DNA of 64,000 nucleotides from Vicugna vicugna. Lineage: Eukaryota. Below, in pieces: positions 24,470 to 36,141 of this stretch. Each line of letters begins with the position of its first letter. Positions within the stretch are counted from its first letter, which is position 1. Both the position numbers and the translations under genes were made by a program. The DNA is taken from positions 4,624,976 to 4,688,975 of the forward strand of contig MU058065.1 in assembly GCA_013265495.1 (NCBI GenBank), written 5' to 3'. The notes under the pieces are model-generated. The model worked only from the letters and a program-made list of their open reading frames with translations. It was not told the DNA's origin and did not search any database.

Positions 24470-24744
24470 CTGTGCTGTCTAATCGAATAGCCACTTGCCA
24501 CATGTGGCTATTGAGATGTGCTGTAGATCTAAAATACACACCAGATTTTGTAGATTTAGTATAAATAATAGAATAGAGTATGTCATAATGCTATTTTATA
24601 TTTTTACATGTTGAAATAATATTTTTAATCTAATAGGTTAAATCAAATATATTAAATTAAATTTTTCTGTTTTTTTTTAACATGGTCATTAGAAAATTTT
24701 AAATGCCTAAGTGGCTCATATTATGTTTCTAACAGACAGCACTG
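24470..24744 (+). mobile_element. MER33-like hAT-Charlie MITE
   Basis: CTGTGCTGTCTAAT...TAGCCACTTGCCACATGTGGCTATT...GTGGCTCATATTATGTTTCTAACAGACAGCACTG, with inverted termini. Confidence 0.8.
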
Positions 24745-27700
24745 AACCATGTAATGAGTCTTTCCCAACCTAAGAATCTTCCAGTAGTCATGACACATTA
24801 CTATACTGATTTTGAAAAAAATAAATGAATTCTATTCAGTGGATACTTCTTCCTACTCACAAAAGATACTATGGAGATGGGACTAACCATCAGTTGTCCT
24901 TAAGCGATAAATGTAATTAAGTTGAGCCAGTTTGGGATTTCTTGCATTTTTATTTTTTAGAATCACATTTGTTCAAAAACTGAAACTAAAATGCTTTGAC
25001 CCCCAAATTTTTTTCTATACAGATATAAGAGAGAAATACAAATTCACAGCACTGAATAGAAATTCAAAATAATTAATAAACAAACATGAATGTCAGGATA
25101 TTGAGTAGAATTTCTACTGTTGCTAGAAGTGAGAATACAGCTGTAGACAAGTAGGCACCAAACACCCCACAGTTAAAGAGAGTCACAAACATCTGGGGAC
25201 ATGATACTCCCTGCTGTAATTATGAAGAAGTTACCAAACAGGTTCTGCTGTCTGTGGCCATTTTATTCCTTCTCTTCTCTCACTCCCTAAAGAGGAGCAA
25301 ACAGAAGGGAGAAAGAAAGAGGCAGAGGAGAATCAGAGTCATTAGTCCTAAGCCAGCTGAAGTGTGCTTGGCTTTTCCTTCCCTTTCTGGTGGCAGAAGA
25401 GAGGAGGCTACTTCTTCATGCAAAAGTCAAACGAAGAAAACCCACAAAGAATCACTTCCACAGAGACTTGAAAAAGATTGCAAGGAAGGAACACCAGCAT
25501 CTCATGTCCCATTAGAATGTTGTATCTGCCTCTTATCTATTTGAATAGAAGTAAAGCAGAAGTGGGGTGAGATGACAGAACCAAGAGTGGATGCTAAGAA
25601 CAGAGCCTTTGCATCCGTTTTTGTTATATGCACAGTTCTTATATATCAAGCTGCACACACTTGTCCTCAGCAGAAATGACTGTGGCTACATGAGAGTCCC
25701 AGCAGCAAAAGGAGGTGTCCTGTAGCAGTAGTGGCCTGAAAAGTCTGAAATCCGGGAATTACTCGAGGAGCCTCTGTGCCCTATGCGTCTCCCCTTATAG
25801 AAACACACACGCACTCACTAGAGAGCCAGATCCTCATAGCCTGCCAACTACCAGTCAACACTGTCCAGGAAGTAGGTGCACCCAAGACAGTATTAAAATG
25901 TGATCTCGATTTAATTAAAAAGCCTCTATTCCTTTCTCCCAGAGCCCCAAGCCAGAAGAGCTAAAAGTCACGGGAGAAGAGAAGTGAAGTGAAGAAGCAG
26001 ATTGGACCATATCCTCACTCCTCAGTTCATCAGGGTCAATACTTGCTGGGGGTCGGGGGAAGAAAGGAAGTAAATAAAAACTAGATGTGAGGTTGAAGTT
26101 TTTAACTTGGATTAATCTAACCTTGAATTTTTAATAACTGAAAGTCACCAGAAAGCTGTGGGACCAACTGCAAGTATTATCAAGTTTCAGGGGAAAAAAA
26201 AAAAAAAAAGATCTGGCAGAGCAAATGTGAAGGCAGTGAGAAAAATAAGGCATTTTTCTTTTAGAACCTCACAGACTTCAATCTATTCACATGCACAGGT
26301 TACCGGCAAATCACAAATGTTTACTTCCTGGACCACAGCATGACAGAGGTCTTAAGAAGTTCCTCTCCAGATTCAAGGAGATTGAAGCAGAGCAAAGGAC
26401 CCTAAGGAAGGTAGCAAGTGAAAAGATGAATTTAAGTAACCACTGCTCCCCAGGACCTTCATCATGTAAAGGGCCATGTTCTTCCCCCCTTTCAATTTCC
26501 ATCCTTCAGTCCCTGGTTACTGTCTCACTCATCAAGGCATTCTTAACTCCTCAGATATATATTATTTTACAACCAAATAATTTTTGAGTTAGCAGAGATG
26601 ATCTTGGGATGGAAATTAGTAAGAAATGCTAAATTTTGTAAAAAAAAAAAAAAAAAGAGGGTCGGAGATCGACCTAAATAAAGCAATTGGATGCAGTTTT
26701 TCTGTTAATCTGGTGAGAAATGAGATACTAATTTGTACTGAAATGATCAGAATAATCTTATTTTCCCGGGGGGAGAAAATAAATATTGCAACCTTAGCAT
26801 GACTAAAATAGATCTTTTCTGTTGAACTTACTCTAAAGTTAATTGATCTTCTATAGTTATGGAGCATATGGACTATAAGAGATAAAACACAACTGGGTTT
26901 AGTAGTTCACCATTAAGTTTGGGAAAACTGAAATACACTTAATCATATCAGTAATTGATCAATAACTGCTCTGAATTAAGTGAATATATGACATGTCAGG
27001 GTATGATTTGAATGAGAAATTGATCATCCTATAAACAAATGTTTTTAAAAGAGAATCTGATTGGACTCTTTAAGGGGAAAACTGACTCATTTTTTCTAAA
27101 GCAGCATTCAGGGGACAAGCATATATGTTATCTCTGGGGTGATACTGACTCAGTGGATAACTGGGTCTCATGTCATAATAAGAGAGAGTAATTCCCCTGG
27201 GGCAATGATGCACTTCAACAAAATAGGTCAGAGATACGAGTAACAGAAGAGGTAGTTACAAAAATTCAGTGTCAGCTGAGAGACTGTTTGAAAACAATTT
27301 CTGTCTCAGGAGACAGTTTTGTTTTCATTAATAGCCAAATATTCCTAAACAAATGAAGGAGGAATGAAGGCAGATAAATGCATGAGGACTTAAACAAGGG
27401 GGTCAAAATCTTGCCCGTGCGCTACTGAGAACATCAGCAGAATGGTACAGTGCAATCGGAGATGTGGCCTAGTGGCCAATTTGTGTTCTCTTCTGGGTTT
27501 AAGAACAGCTAATTTTTCTTCTGCAAACCAGGTTTGCACTTGGCATCACTCCAGGACAACTGTATCCCCACTGCTGACCACGGCTGCCCTCTTCATTACA
27601 CCAAGGATCCACCAAGGCCACTCCGGCCCATGCAGGTGCCCAACGTTAGCTTTTGTGCATGACTATGGGACACCACCGAGAAACAGTTTTGTGGTGTAGA

Positions 27701-28769
27701 CATTGCCAAAGGGAACTAAAAATAAAGATGTTATTTCATTTGTGTCTTTCTGCTGTTGTTTCTACTTTTATTCTCCCTTGCACAGACTTCACTGTACATT
27801 GACTACATTCTGGACATCTTACACATCCTGTCTCTTGTTTGAAGACACCAGGATCTGAAATAGGGTCATATATAGGGTCTGAATTCATCCAGATGTCCCA
27901 CAACATAAAACTTCTTAAAATAAAGTTCAGTCATGCTCTTTCTGCCAGTTCTCTGACCTCATGTCCCCCTTCTTTTCTTCTCTGGCTCTGAGAGTTAAGC
28001 TGACTGCCCCCCCCTTTTTTGGAATCAGAAGACTATGATGTAAATGAGAAACTTGAGAAAGCTGGTAGGAAAATACAGATTCAAATAACAGGGAACTAAT
28101 TATTAGTCTTTGCATCATTTCGGGAAGGCCGAAGGCCAAAGCTGTAGGAACATCCTTGAGGAACAGGAAGCTATTGATAAGTATGTTCTAGTTGCAGGTG
28201 AAGTTTTCGGTTTGTTGCTTCTTTCCCCTCCCTCTCTCCCTCCATGTATAAAATAAGGTCACTGTAAAAGTACCTTTGGGATTGCCAATGTGACCATATG
28301 CCACATGATACACAATTCTGACCCTGAGGTCAGATAAAAATTATGCCAAGTTATCTGAGGCCAGATTCACTGGTTTAGTTTAAATAGAAGTGGGACAAAA
28401 TTATATCATTTGTGGCTAACCAAAATAGGCACCTTAACCTGTGCTCTGGGGGCAGTAGTTTTGCAGGCAGTTCATGAGTCTTACTCAGCGCCCAGAACTG
28501 TTGTTGACCATACCATTTTGGTTCAAGGAGCTGTAAAAAAAAGAAGGAATGGAGATAAACATATGATCTTGGTTGACCAGAACACTTGAGCTAGAAAGAA
28601 CTGAAAAACATTATTGTGGCTAAGTTAATATACCCTATTTTGAGTCAAAAGTTTAAAGACATCAATAAGAATGAATTTACAATCACTTATGTAAAAAGTA
28701 AACAGAAGGGTTAGTTGATCATGAATTTAATATGTCAGCAGCAATACAGTGTGTCATTAATAGATGTGA

Positions 28770-28925
28770 TGAGTCACAAAGAGCTTTGAATGGGGAGACA
28801 AAGCATCTGAGTTTGAGCCCAGGCTCCGTGATCACTTGACCCTGGACAGATTTGTTTAGTTTTTACATCAATATACTGAGGGGGTTGGATTAAGCACCCT
28901 CAATTTACTTTAAACCCTGAATGTG
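28770..28925 (+). mobile_element. MIR/MIR3 fragment
   Basis: GCTTTGAATGGGGAGACA...CTGAGTTTGAGCCCAGGCTC.G...GACCCTGGACA...GAGGGGGTTGGATTA. Confidence 0.55.
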
Positions 28926-30094
28926 GAGTTAGGGAGGCCTGAGGAGCAAGGAAGGAAGAAATGAAAAGTTGATCGATTCTATGAAAGGAGAGATTTGTGC
29001 TGAGAAATCAGTGAAATAACCTTGGAATATAAGATTATGTAGAGCCTTGTTGATGTTAGTGCTAAATCAGATAGGCATTAGAGAATCAAAAAATCATAAG
29101 TAAGGTAAATAACACAGTGCAAGTGTTGGTATAAGGAGATGTGAAGTATGAATTTGAGGAGAAAGTAAATAGAGTAAGACCATTTAGACAGATTTTCCAA
29201 TAACCCAACTGTGATATTCTGTACAATTGTAACAACAATAATGGAAGCAAACATGTATTGATTTCTCACTTTGTGGTCGGCTTTGCTGTTAAGGATTTTA
29301 CATGTATTATCTCACTTAAGAAGCCAATGTGAGCAGCATCTCAGAGGTAAACATTAAAACAGAAAGACTTACCTGATAATTCAAAAGCTAATGTAAAATC
29401 TAATCCATCAAGATACAGAGTTTTGGGTCCAAGTTCTGCCACAATGATGACACTATTAAATTCAGAGAGCCAACCAGTGTCGGGAGAAAGACTTGGTGAT
29501 AATTTTTTCGCTATGTTGAATTTGGGAGAATTTCCTTAGGAAATATAAAATACAGGAGTAGCTGTTTCTGAGTTCTGCTGTATGGAAGGGACCATTCACA
29601 TCCTGAGAGCAGGTTAAATTTCCAAAGGAGCAAAAATACATACAGAAGGACCTGATCTAAAGGCTTGGATTTCAGGAGGAGATGACCATAGATCGGTGAA
29701 GTGGAGCCAAAGAAAGAAAAAAAGGGAGAAGGGAGGAGAGTGGTCACAAACACTAAGAAAAGGAAGAATTTCTAGAAGATTGAAGGAAATGGCTGGGGGA
29801 GAGATCAGCAGTGAAAAATGCTATGAGGTCAAGGAGTTTCGCTTGAGGTCTGGAGCGAAACAGCTGGATTCGGCTAGAAGAACTAAATTGAAATTCCTTT
29901 CTCAATATCTACCAGGGTACTGACAGTAGACATTGAACTTCACTGGTAAGTGAATTGGGGCTGCACCTTTATAGTGTTCAATAAAAAATGGACAAAATAA
30001 CTCCAGAAGTTGAACATTTCATAGCTCAAAAATCTTTCAAAGGAGAAATGAAACCTATTTCTGTTAAATATAATTAGAAATATGGAATAGACAC

Positions 30095-30660
30095 TGGTGA
30101 CCGCAAATCCAACTGCTATTCCCTGTCCCACCTGCTTCATTCATGCTGGCAGAGCCCTAAAGTTATTTAGTTTTTCGTCCTCCTCTGCTCAACCTTTGGC
30201 TTCACTAGAAAGTTGGCTCCATTGGCAGCCCCTAGGGAAATTTTCTAACGCACTCATGGTGGTCCTGCTTCCTTTGGCTAATCACTGTTCCAGGCACGCA
30301 TATGTGACACCAGTCTAGCAAGAGAGAAACAAAGAGAAATTGGGTACAGGTCTTCTAGGAACAGTTTTCCTGACCAATTAAAACACACACACACACATAC
30401 ACACACACACACATACAAGAAAAAAAACATCTGACCTTGTCTTTCTTTTACAGATCTTGATGGGATGCCTGTAACTGCTGCAGCCATCTTATAACCATGA
30501 GGAAAGCAGCTTCTGAGGACAAATGGTTGAACAGAGAACTGGAAGGAACCTGAGTCCTTGAAAACATTACTGAGCCATTCATCATACCATGTTGCCCCTA
30601 CAGGATTTTCCTTTACTTAAACTGTTAGAGTTTTCTGTTACTCGTAGTTAAATACAATTT
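30095..30660 (+). mobile_element. Old MaLR LTR (MLT1I/J/K-like) containing a (CA)n tract
   Basis: CTGCTGCAGCCATCTT.TAACCATGAGG...GGAAGGAACCTGAGTCCTTG...CTGAGCC and the end TTTTCTGTTACT.GTAG. The (CA)n tract lies at about 30382-30415. Confidence 0.65.
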
Positions 30661-32064
30661 ATTATAGAAAATGTGAAGATTACTTCCTGGCATTTTTCCC
30701 CTCACTCTTAATTTTCTATTATTATCTCTTATTCAGCTTTTTGTATTTCATCCCAGTGAAATAATTTTTATAGAAAATATAACTACTCTATAAAAGTTCA
30801 AATTCAAATTCCTAATTTTGTAATTATGGTTACAACTGAATTCTTAGCTGATGAGGTTGGGTGGTGCCTGGGTGCAGGGAGGTAGGGAGAGAGTGTGAAT
30901 AAAGGAATGGTCTATTATTGCCCAATTTTCCTCTCTGTAGTCATGACCCAGATTTAAAAGGCACCGTGTATAGCATTATTTCAGGGGGATTACAATAAAA
31001 AGCAAAATCTTTATATAAGTTTCTCAAGCCCTTTGTTTTGGGCTCCCATTTTATGGCTTTTTTCAGGCCTGTCACTTTCATTAACATGTGCAAGCAAAAC
31101 CCCATTGTTCAATATGGCTCTCTAATGAGAAAGAATACGGCCAAGCATGGGGAATGAACATTGTACATTTTTATGTGGTGGTTTATAGACTATTACTTCT
31201 AACTGAAATTTGAAGTTCGCCTTTACAGTTAAGGTGAAACAGAAAATCACACATTATGTCTCTCTCTGACATAACAGACTCCAGACTAGAGTGAAAACCA
31301 GTCTTTGACAAAGGCTCGCACTTAAATATCAAAAGAAAAGAGAGCTGGCGTTGTCCTCAAAGGTTAAATTTGAATGAAATCCAATGTCCATAAAGAGCCC
31401 ATTGCTGAAGGTAAGGACTTACGATTATTGGAAATTTTTTGAGAGTGCTAAAAATGGAAGTTGAGGGGGAAAAAACAGTGGGAGAGTTTGCCCAGGTGAT
31501 GGAGACCATGTCTGTGGTCAAGATCCTGTTCTCTGTTTCTTTTCCCAGCCCGAGAACTCAGCTGTGCAATCTGCAGGAATGCTACGGAACAGACCTGGGG
31601 TGTTTATTTCAATCATTTTATCGACGACGTTGGATAAAATGCATGGTAATTGAGCTTTGTAAAACAATGTTATATTTAGGAGGACTCGGAAATCTGGTTT
31701 CAATGTTATTACTTTACCCTATGCCCTCCCAGTAGGTCCAGGGTTGCCCACAAGAGGATGAAAATCAGTATAGGGGAAGGGGTGGGCCAAATCTTTGATA
31801 TTACATAAAAATTTAGTTATACAATATGTCTGCGGTATTAGAATTTTACAGGCAAGGGAGTAATTAGGGGAAAAAACTGAAAAATCTGAGAGAAGTAATA
31901 ATGAATTTATAATTCAGTCTACTAAAGGGATTTCTTTACTCTGTAAAGAAAAAAAAATAATAACCTGGCATTAGAAGGTCCATCAGAAGCTTCCAGATGT
32001 ATGCCAGTGACACAAACACGTAGAGTCAGCTTTGGCAGAAACTTGCAACCATGCATCGAAATGT

Positions 32065-32335
32065 ACAAATTTATGGTTACCAAAGGGGAAAGAGGGGAAG
32101 GGATAAATTAGGAGCTTGGGACTGGCAGATACAAACCACTATATATAAAATAGATAAACAAGATCATGTTTTATAACACAGGAACTATATTCAATATCCT
32201 GTAATAACCTATAATGGAAAAGAATATATGAAAATATATATATATATATATAACTGAATCACTGTGCTGTACACCAGAAACTAACACAACATTGTGAATC
32301 AACTGTATTTCAATTTCAAAAACAAAACGAAACAG
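32065..32335 (+). mobile_element. Short LINE-1 3' UTR end
   Basis: TTTATGGTTACCAAAGGGGAAAG...GGGATAAATTAGGAG.TTGGGA...ATAAAATAGATAAACAA...AACTGAATCACTGTGCTGTACACCAGAAACTAACACAACATTGT and an A-rich tail. Confidence 0.88.
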
Positions 32336-33122
32336 AACATCTCTCCAGCAAAGATCTTCAAAACAGAGATGTGGCCTAAGGTGCCTCTAACATAATTCAC
32401 TTTTATGCTCCCCCAAAACAGACAGCAAGTCTGTAGGTTATTGCCCCCGAGAGGGGCATTGGTAGCCAAAAGAAGACCACAAGATCCATTTAAAGAAAAA
32501 TAGTTTTGACCTTTTAATCTTCTCCACCACTCTTCCTATCCTTGAGGAACTGAAAAATGAGAGAGAAAGAGAGAGAGAGAGAGGCTAGGAAGGGCAGCTA
32601 CAGCCCCCTCCCGCTCCAAATCCAGAGGCTGGGAGAAGGGATGCCCCAAAATGAATTTGAAATTCAAATTTGGGGCTGGCCTGGACTTGACCAGACTCCT
32701 TAATACCTGGACTTTACTAGCGAGCTCTGAGCTCTGCCACAGAGACCAGCAAAGAGAGATCCGAAAGGACACGTCTGATGACAAAAATGGAAGAAAGCAT
32801 TAACACCATTGCTTTTCACCCACACTTTGCCTCTGCACCCCTATTTTACCTGTCCAATAAACAGGCTATTTCGTTAAATCTCTGTAAGAGTGAAGAGCAA
32901 ATTTGACTCTCCACAGAAACTGTTAAGTTAAAAAAAAATGCTTGGTTAGGATTTAGTTACTTTTCCACCATATCTTTGTAGCTTCTCATTCAAAACGCTC
33001 AAATTGTTGCTTATTATCAAAATCCTTCCCTAAGGATTTTTCCCTGTATTATCAGATAGATTCAACCATCAAGAACCACAGGCTCCTTTATCTAGCCAGA
33101 AGGAGTCATTTTCATTCTTAAG

Positions 33123-33720
33123 TATCGCTTCCCAGACTTCTCTGGCTTTAAGAATCACACAGGAACTTTGGCTGTTGTTACAAATATAGTTCCTGGGAAG
33201 GTTTACGGACTGAACAGTTTCCCTCAAAATTCACATGGTGAAGTCCTAGCTCATAACGTGATTGTATTTGGAGATGGGACCTTTAGGGACGCAAGTAAGG
33301 TTAAATGAGGACCTAAGGGCGGGGCCGTAATCTGGTAGGGCTGATGTCCCTATAAGCGGAGGAAGAGACCATCTCTCTTTCTGCACAGGCACAGGGAGGA
33401 GGTCACGTGAGGACACAGCGAGAAGGCAGTCTTCGCCAGCCGGGAGGAAAACCTTCACCAGAAGCTGAATGTGCAGGCATCTTGATCAGGGACTTCTAGT
33501 CCCCAGAACATGAGCAAATGAATTTCTGTTGTGTGAGACACCCAGCCTGCGGTGTTTCACAGGGACAGGCTGAGCAGACAAGACAGGGGCGGTCCTCTGA
33601 AGTCCCTGAACAGTAGTCCCAGGACTCTGTGTGTGAGGGTGTGGGTGGGTGTGTGTGTGTGGAGGGGCTGTTTGAAGCATTCAAAATGATTCTTGTGCTC
33701 TGGTGAACCGGGGAAGCATT
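33123..33720. mobile_element. MER5-like hAT MITE split by an MLT1A insertion (33123-33199 and 33586-33720)
   Basis: TAAGAATCACACAGGAA...GTTACAAATATAG.TTCCTGGG on the left, and ATGATTCTTGTG...GGGGAAGCATT on the right. Confidence 0.5.
33200..33585 (+). mobile_element. MLT1A0-like solo LTR
   Basis: TTACGGACTGAA...CAAAATTCACATG.TGAAGTCCTA...GTATTTGGAGATGGG.CCTTTAGG...CTTGATC.GGGACTTCTAG...GAGCAGACAAGACA. Confidence 0.85.
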
Positions 33721-33794
33721 ACGTTTAAGGGATTATTCTTATGAATATTTCTGCTTGTACCTATTTGTTTCAGAATTCTCCTTCCTCCACTCCT

Positions 33795-34435
33795 TACAGA
33801 CATTTCTCTTTGGGCAAATACCTATTGATCACCACCATTCTAGGTCCTGAAAATACAGCGTTGAATAAAAATAGGACAGAGGAGTTTCCTCTTTCCAAAA
33901 CCTGACATTCTAATGTAGATGAAGACAGTATTGAATGAAACATACCTTGATTACTTAATGTCCGGCAGTGACACGGGCTGTAAAGAAAAAAAAAAAAACC
34001 CAGCAAATAAGGTGCTAGAGAGTGAGGTGGGGTGTAGGGTGGCTCTTTCTATAGGAAGTCAGTAAAGCACCTCTGAGAAAATAACAATGGGGCCAAGACG
34101 TAGATAAAGTAAAAGAAGCCATGTGGAAGTGTCTGCGGAAGAGCATTTCGGGCAGAGGAAAAGTCAGTGCAGAAGAGTTTGACATCAGTGAGAGACCCCT
34201 CCAGGGCCAGGATGGCTGAAGCCCAGGGATGGAGGGGGAGGGGAAGCTTGGGGAGACCGGCAGGGGCCGGATCAGGCACCACAAGGCCAAGGTAAGGAGG
34301 ATGGATGGTGTTGAGCCATAGAAAGTTCTGATCTGATTTATTTCCATGTGGGAAGAAATGTTCTCTTGCTGTACAGGAGCAGGAGGGAATTTTGGGCAGC
34401 CAGGTAGGAGGCTATGGCAATTAATAATGGCAATC
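33795..34435 (-). mobile_element. L2a-like 3' region
   Basis: CAAATACCTATTGA...CCATTCTAGGT.CTGAA.ATACAGCG.TGAATAAAA...GGAAGAGCATT.CGGGCAGAGGAAA..CAGTGCA. It accounts for the ORFs at 34015-34437(-). Confidence 0.75.
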
Positions 34436-36051
34436 AATTATTAATTAATAATAGTAAAATAATAGCTTAATTCCTAAACACAGAATTGCAAATAACAAAT
34501 TTTAGTATGATGTATTCAATAGGCATAACCAGGTCCAAAAAAATCAAGGAACCTGGAAGTCTCTGTGTCTAATGTTACCTAGAGGATCGTGTATATGTAT
34601 TTTTTCTATTTAACTTAAGATCGAATTTGTAGCCTTTTATAAATCATTCTTCTCCTTCAGCCAAAGACTCAAATTTATGGCTGCTTCTTATGCAAGAAGG
34701 CACTGCGATCTTCCAGCCCTGCCTTCTGTCTCTGCCGTCCGGGAAACAGGCAAACAACTGATTTGCTTTCCATAATATGTTATAGTAATAATGAGAGCAG
34801 ATGCATGAAGCACATCCCCACCCAGTTCATCGAAACTCCTGCAACACTTTCTAGTCTCCTGTCTGGGTGGAGTTAGAAATAACTTCATTTGCATACAATG
34901 GGATTGCACCTTTAACACGTTCATGTCTCTACCAGCAGGCCTTACCAGTGATCTCAAACACTGAACTTCCAAATATCTGCCCTCGAACTGGCCATAGTCT
35001 TTGCACAGAACAACATTATTTGAAGAAAAATGTTATGATGTCTCAGATTGAGATTTTAAAGTGATTTAATTATAGCCACAGAATGTTGGGTTTTATGTAT
35101 CATATCGACAAATCCGAAGCCCTCCTTCTGAATGTAACGTTCTCTAAGGAGGCGTTAAGCACATACTGCCTGCTCTTTCTTTTGGCAAAAGCTTCATACT
35201 AGGTAAAAATGCTTCCAGTGGTATTTTGGAGCGATTCTATTTTTTGACCCTAATCCTCTTCTTTGCTGTGGTTATGGCCCTGAGTCCCTAAATTATAGGC
35301 TCTCCTGCGGTTTCAGAAAGCTAATTCACACCACCATGCACATTAGGCAGGAGGCGTACATAATATTCCACTAAGGGAGACCCGGTGGACATGAAGCCCC
35401 CACCAGTAACCGGTCACGAGTTAGGCTGCAACTGACGCTACTCATTTTTCTCCACTGACAAGTTTTCATTATGTGGCTTTCCCAGAACAATTTAGAAATT
35501 GATCCGCAGCTGATGGAAGCAAGGATGAATTGGGCTCTTAAGTGAACCCAAAGCATCAGAGGGAAGTCAAAGCCTACGCCTGGACTCCGGCGCTGAGCAC
35601 GAGGACAGCGAGTGCCCCCTCCCCAGCCTCCCCACCCACCCTCCCTCCCCTCCTGGAGACACAGATCTGCAGCTCCTCAGAGAAGCTTCTCACGCTGGGG
35701 CTCCCTTCCAGGCCTGGAGAGGCACGAGGACTTTTCTTTAATCATCTGTTTATCTGTCTCCTGCCTAAATAGGTCAGAGGTTCACGCCACTGAGAAAACA
35801 ATTCCCTAGTAATTGTCTCTACTAATATCCAAGAAAGGGTCTTTTGTTTTCTACCAAATTGTGTATATCTGGTTGAAGATCAAGGACGTTGATCTAAACT
35901 TGCTCTGTGTAGTTCTGGCGTGCTTGGGGTCAGAGTGTACAAGGGTGAAGTTGTGCAACCCTGGGGGCACTCTGGGTCCAGGGACATGTTCTGGCTGCAA
36001 GGACAGTTAAGGGAGGATAGATGAGGCTGAAGTTGATAGAGTTTAGCCAGG

Positions 36052-36108
36052 TATGTGGTTGTTGGTTGTGGTGGTGGTGGTGGTGGCTGTGGTGTGTGGG
36101 TGGGTGTT

Positions 36109-36141
<33 letters not shown>
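36052..36141. repeat. Compound (GTT)/(GTG)n/(GT)n microsatellite
   Basis: Directly visible G/T-only tract with a single C. Confidence 0.95.

Noticed and set aside
26291..26587. 98-aa ORF with a coiled-coil-looking stretch (KKFLSRFKEIEAEQRTLRK)
   Set aside because: I recognise no homologue, and there is no convincing flanking splice pair or pseudogene hallmark such as a poly(A) tail or TSD.
34015..34437. Longest ORF in the track (140 aa, minus strand)
   Set aside because: It lies entirely within an L2 3' region and has a non-ATG start.
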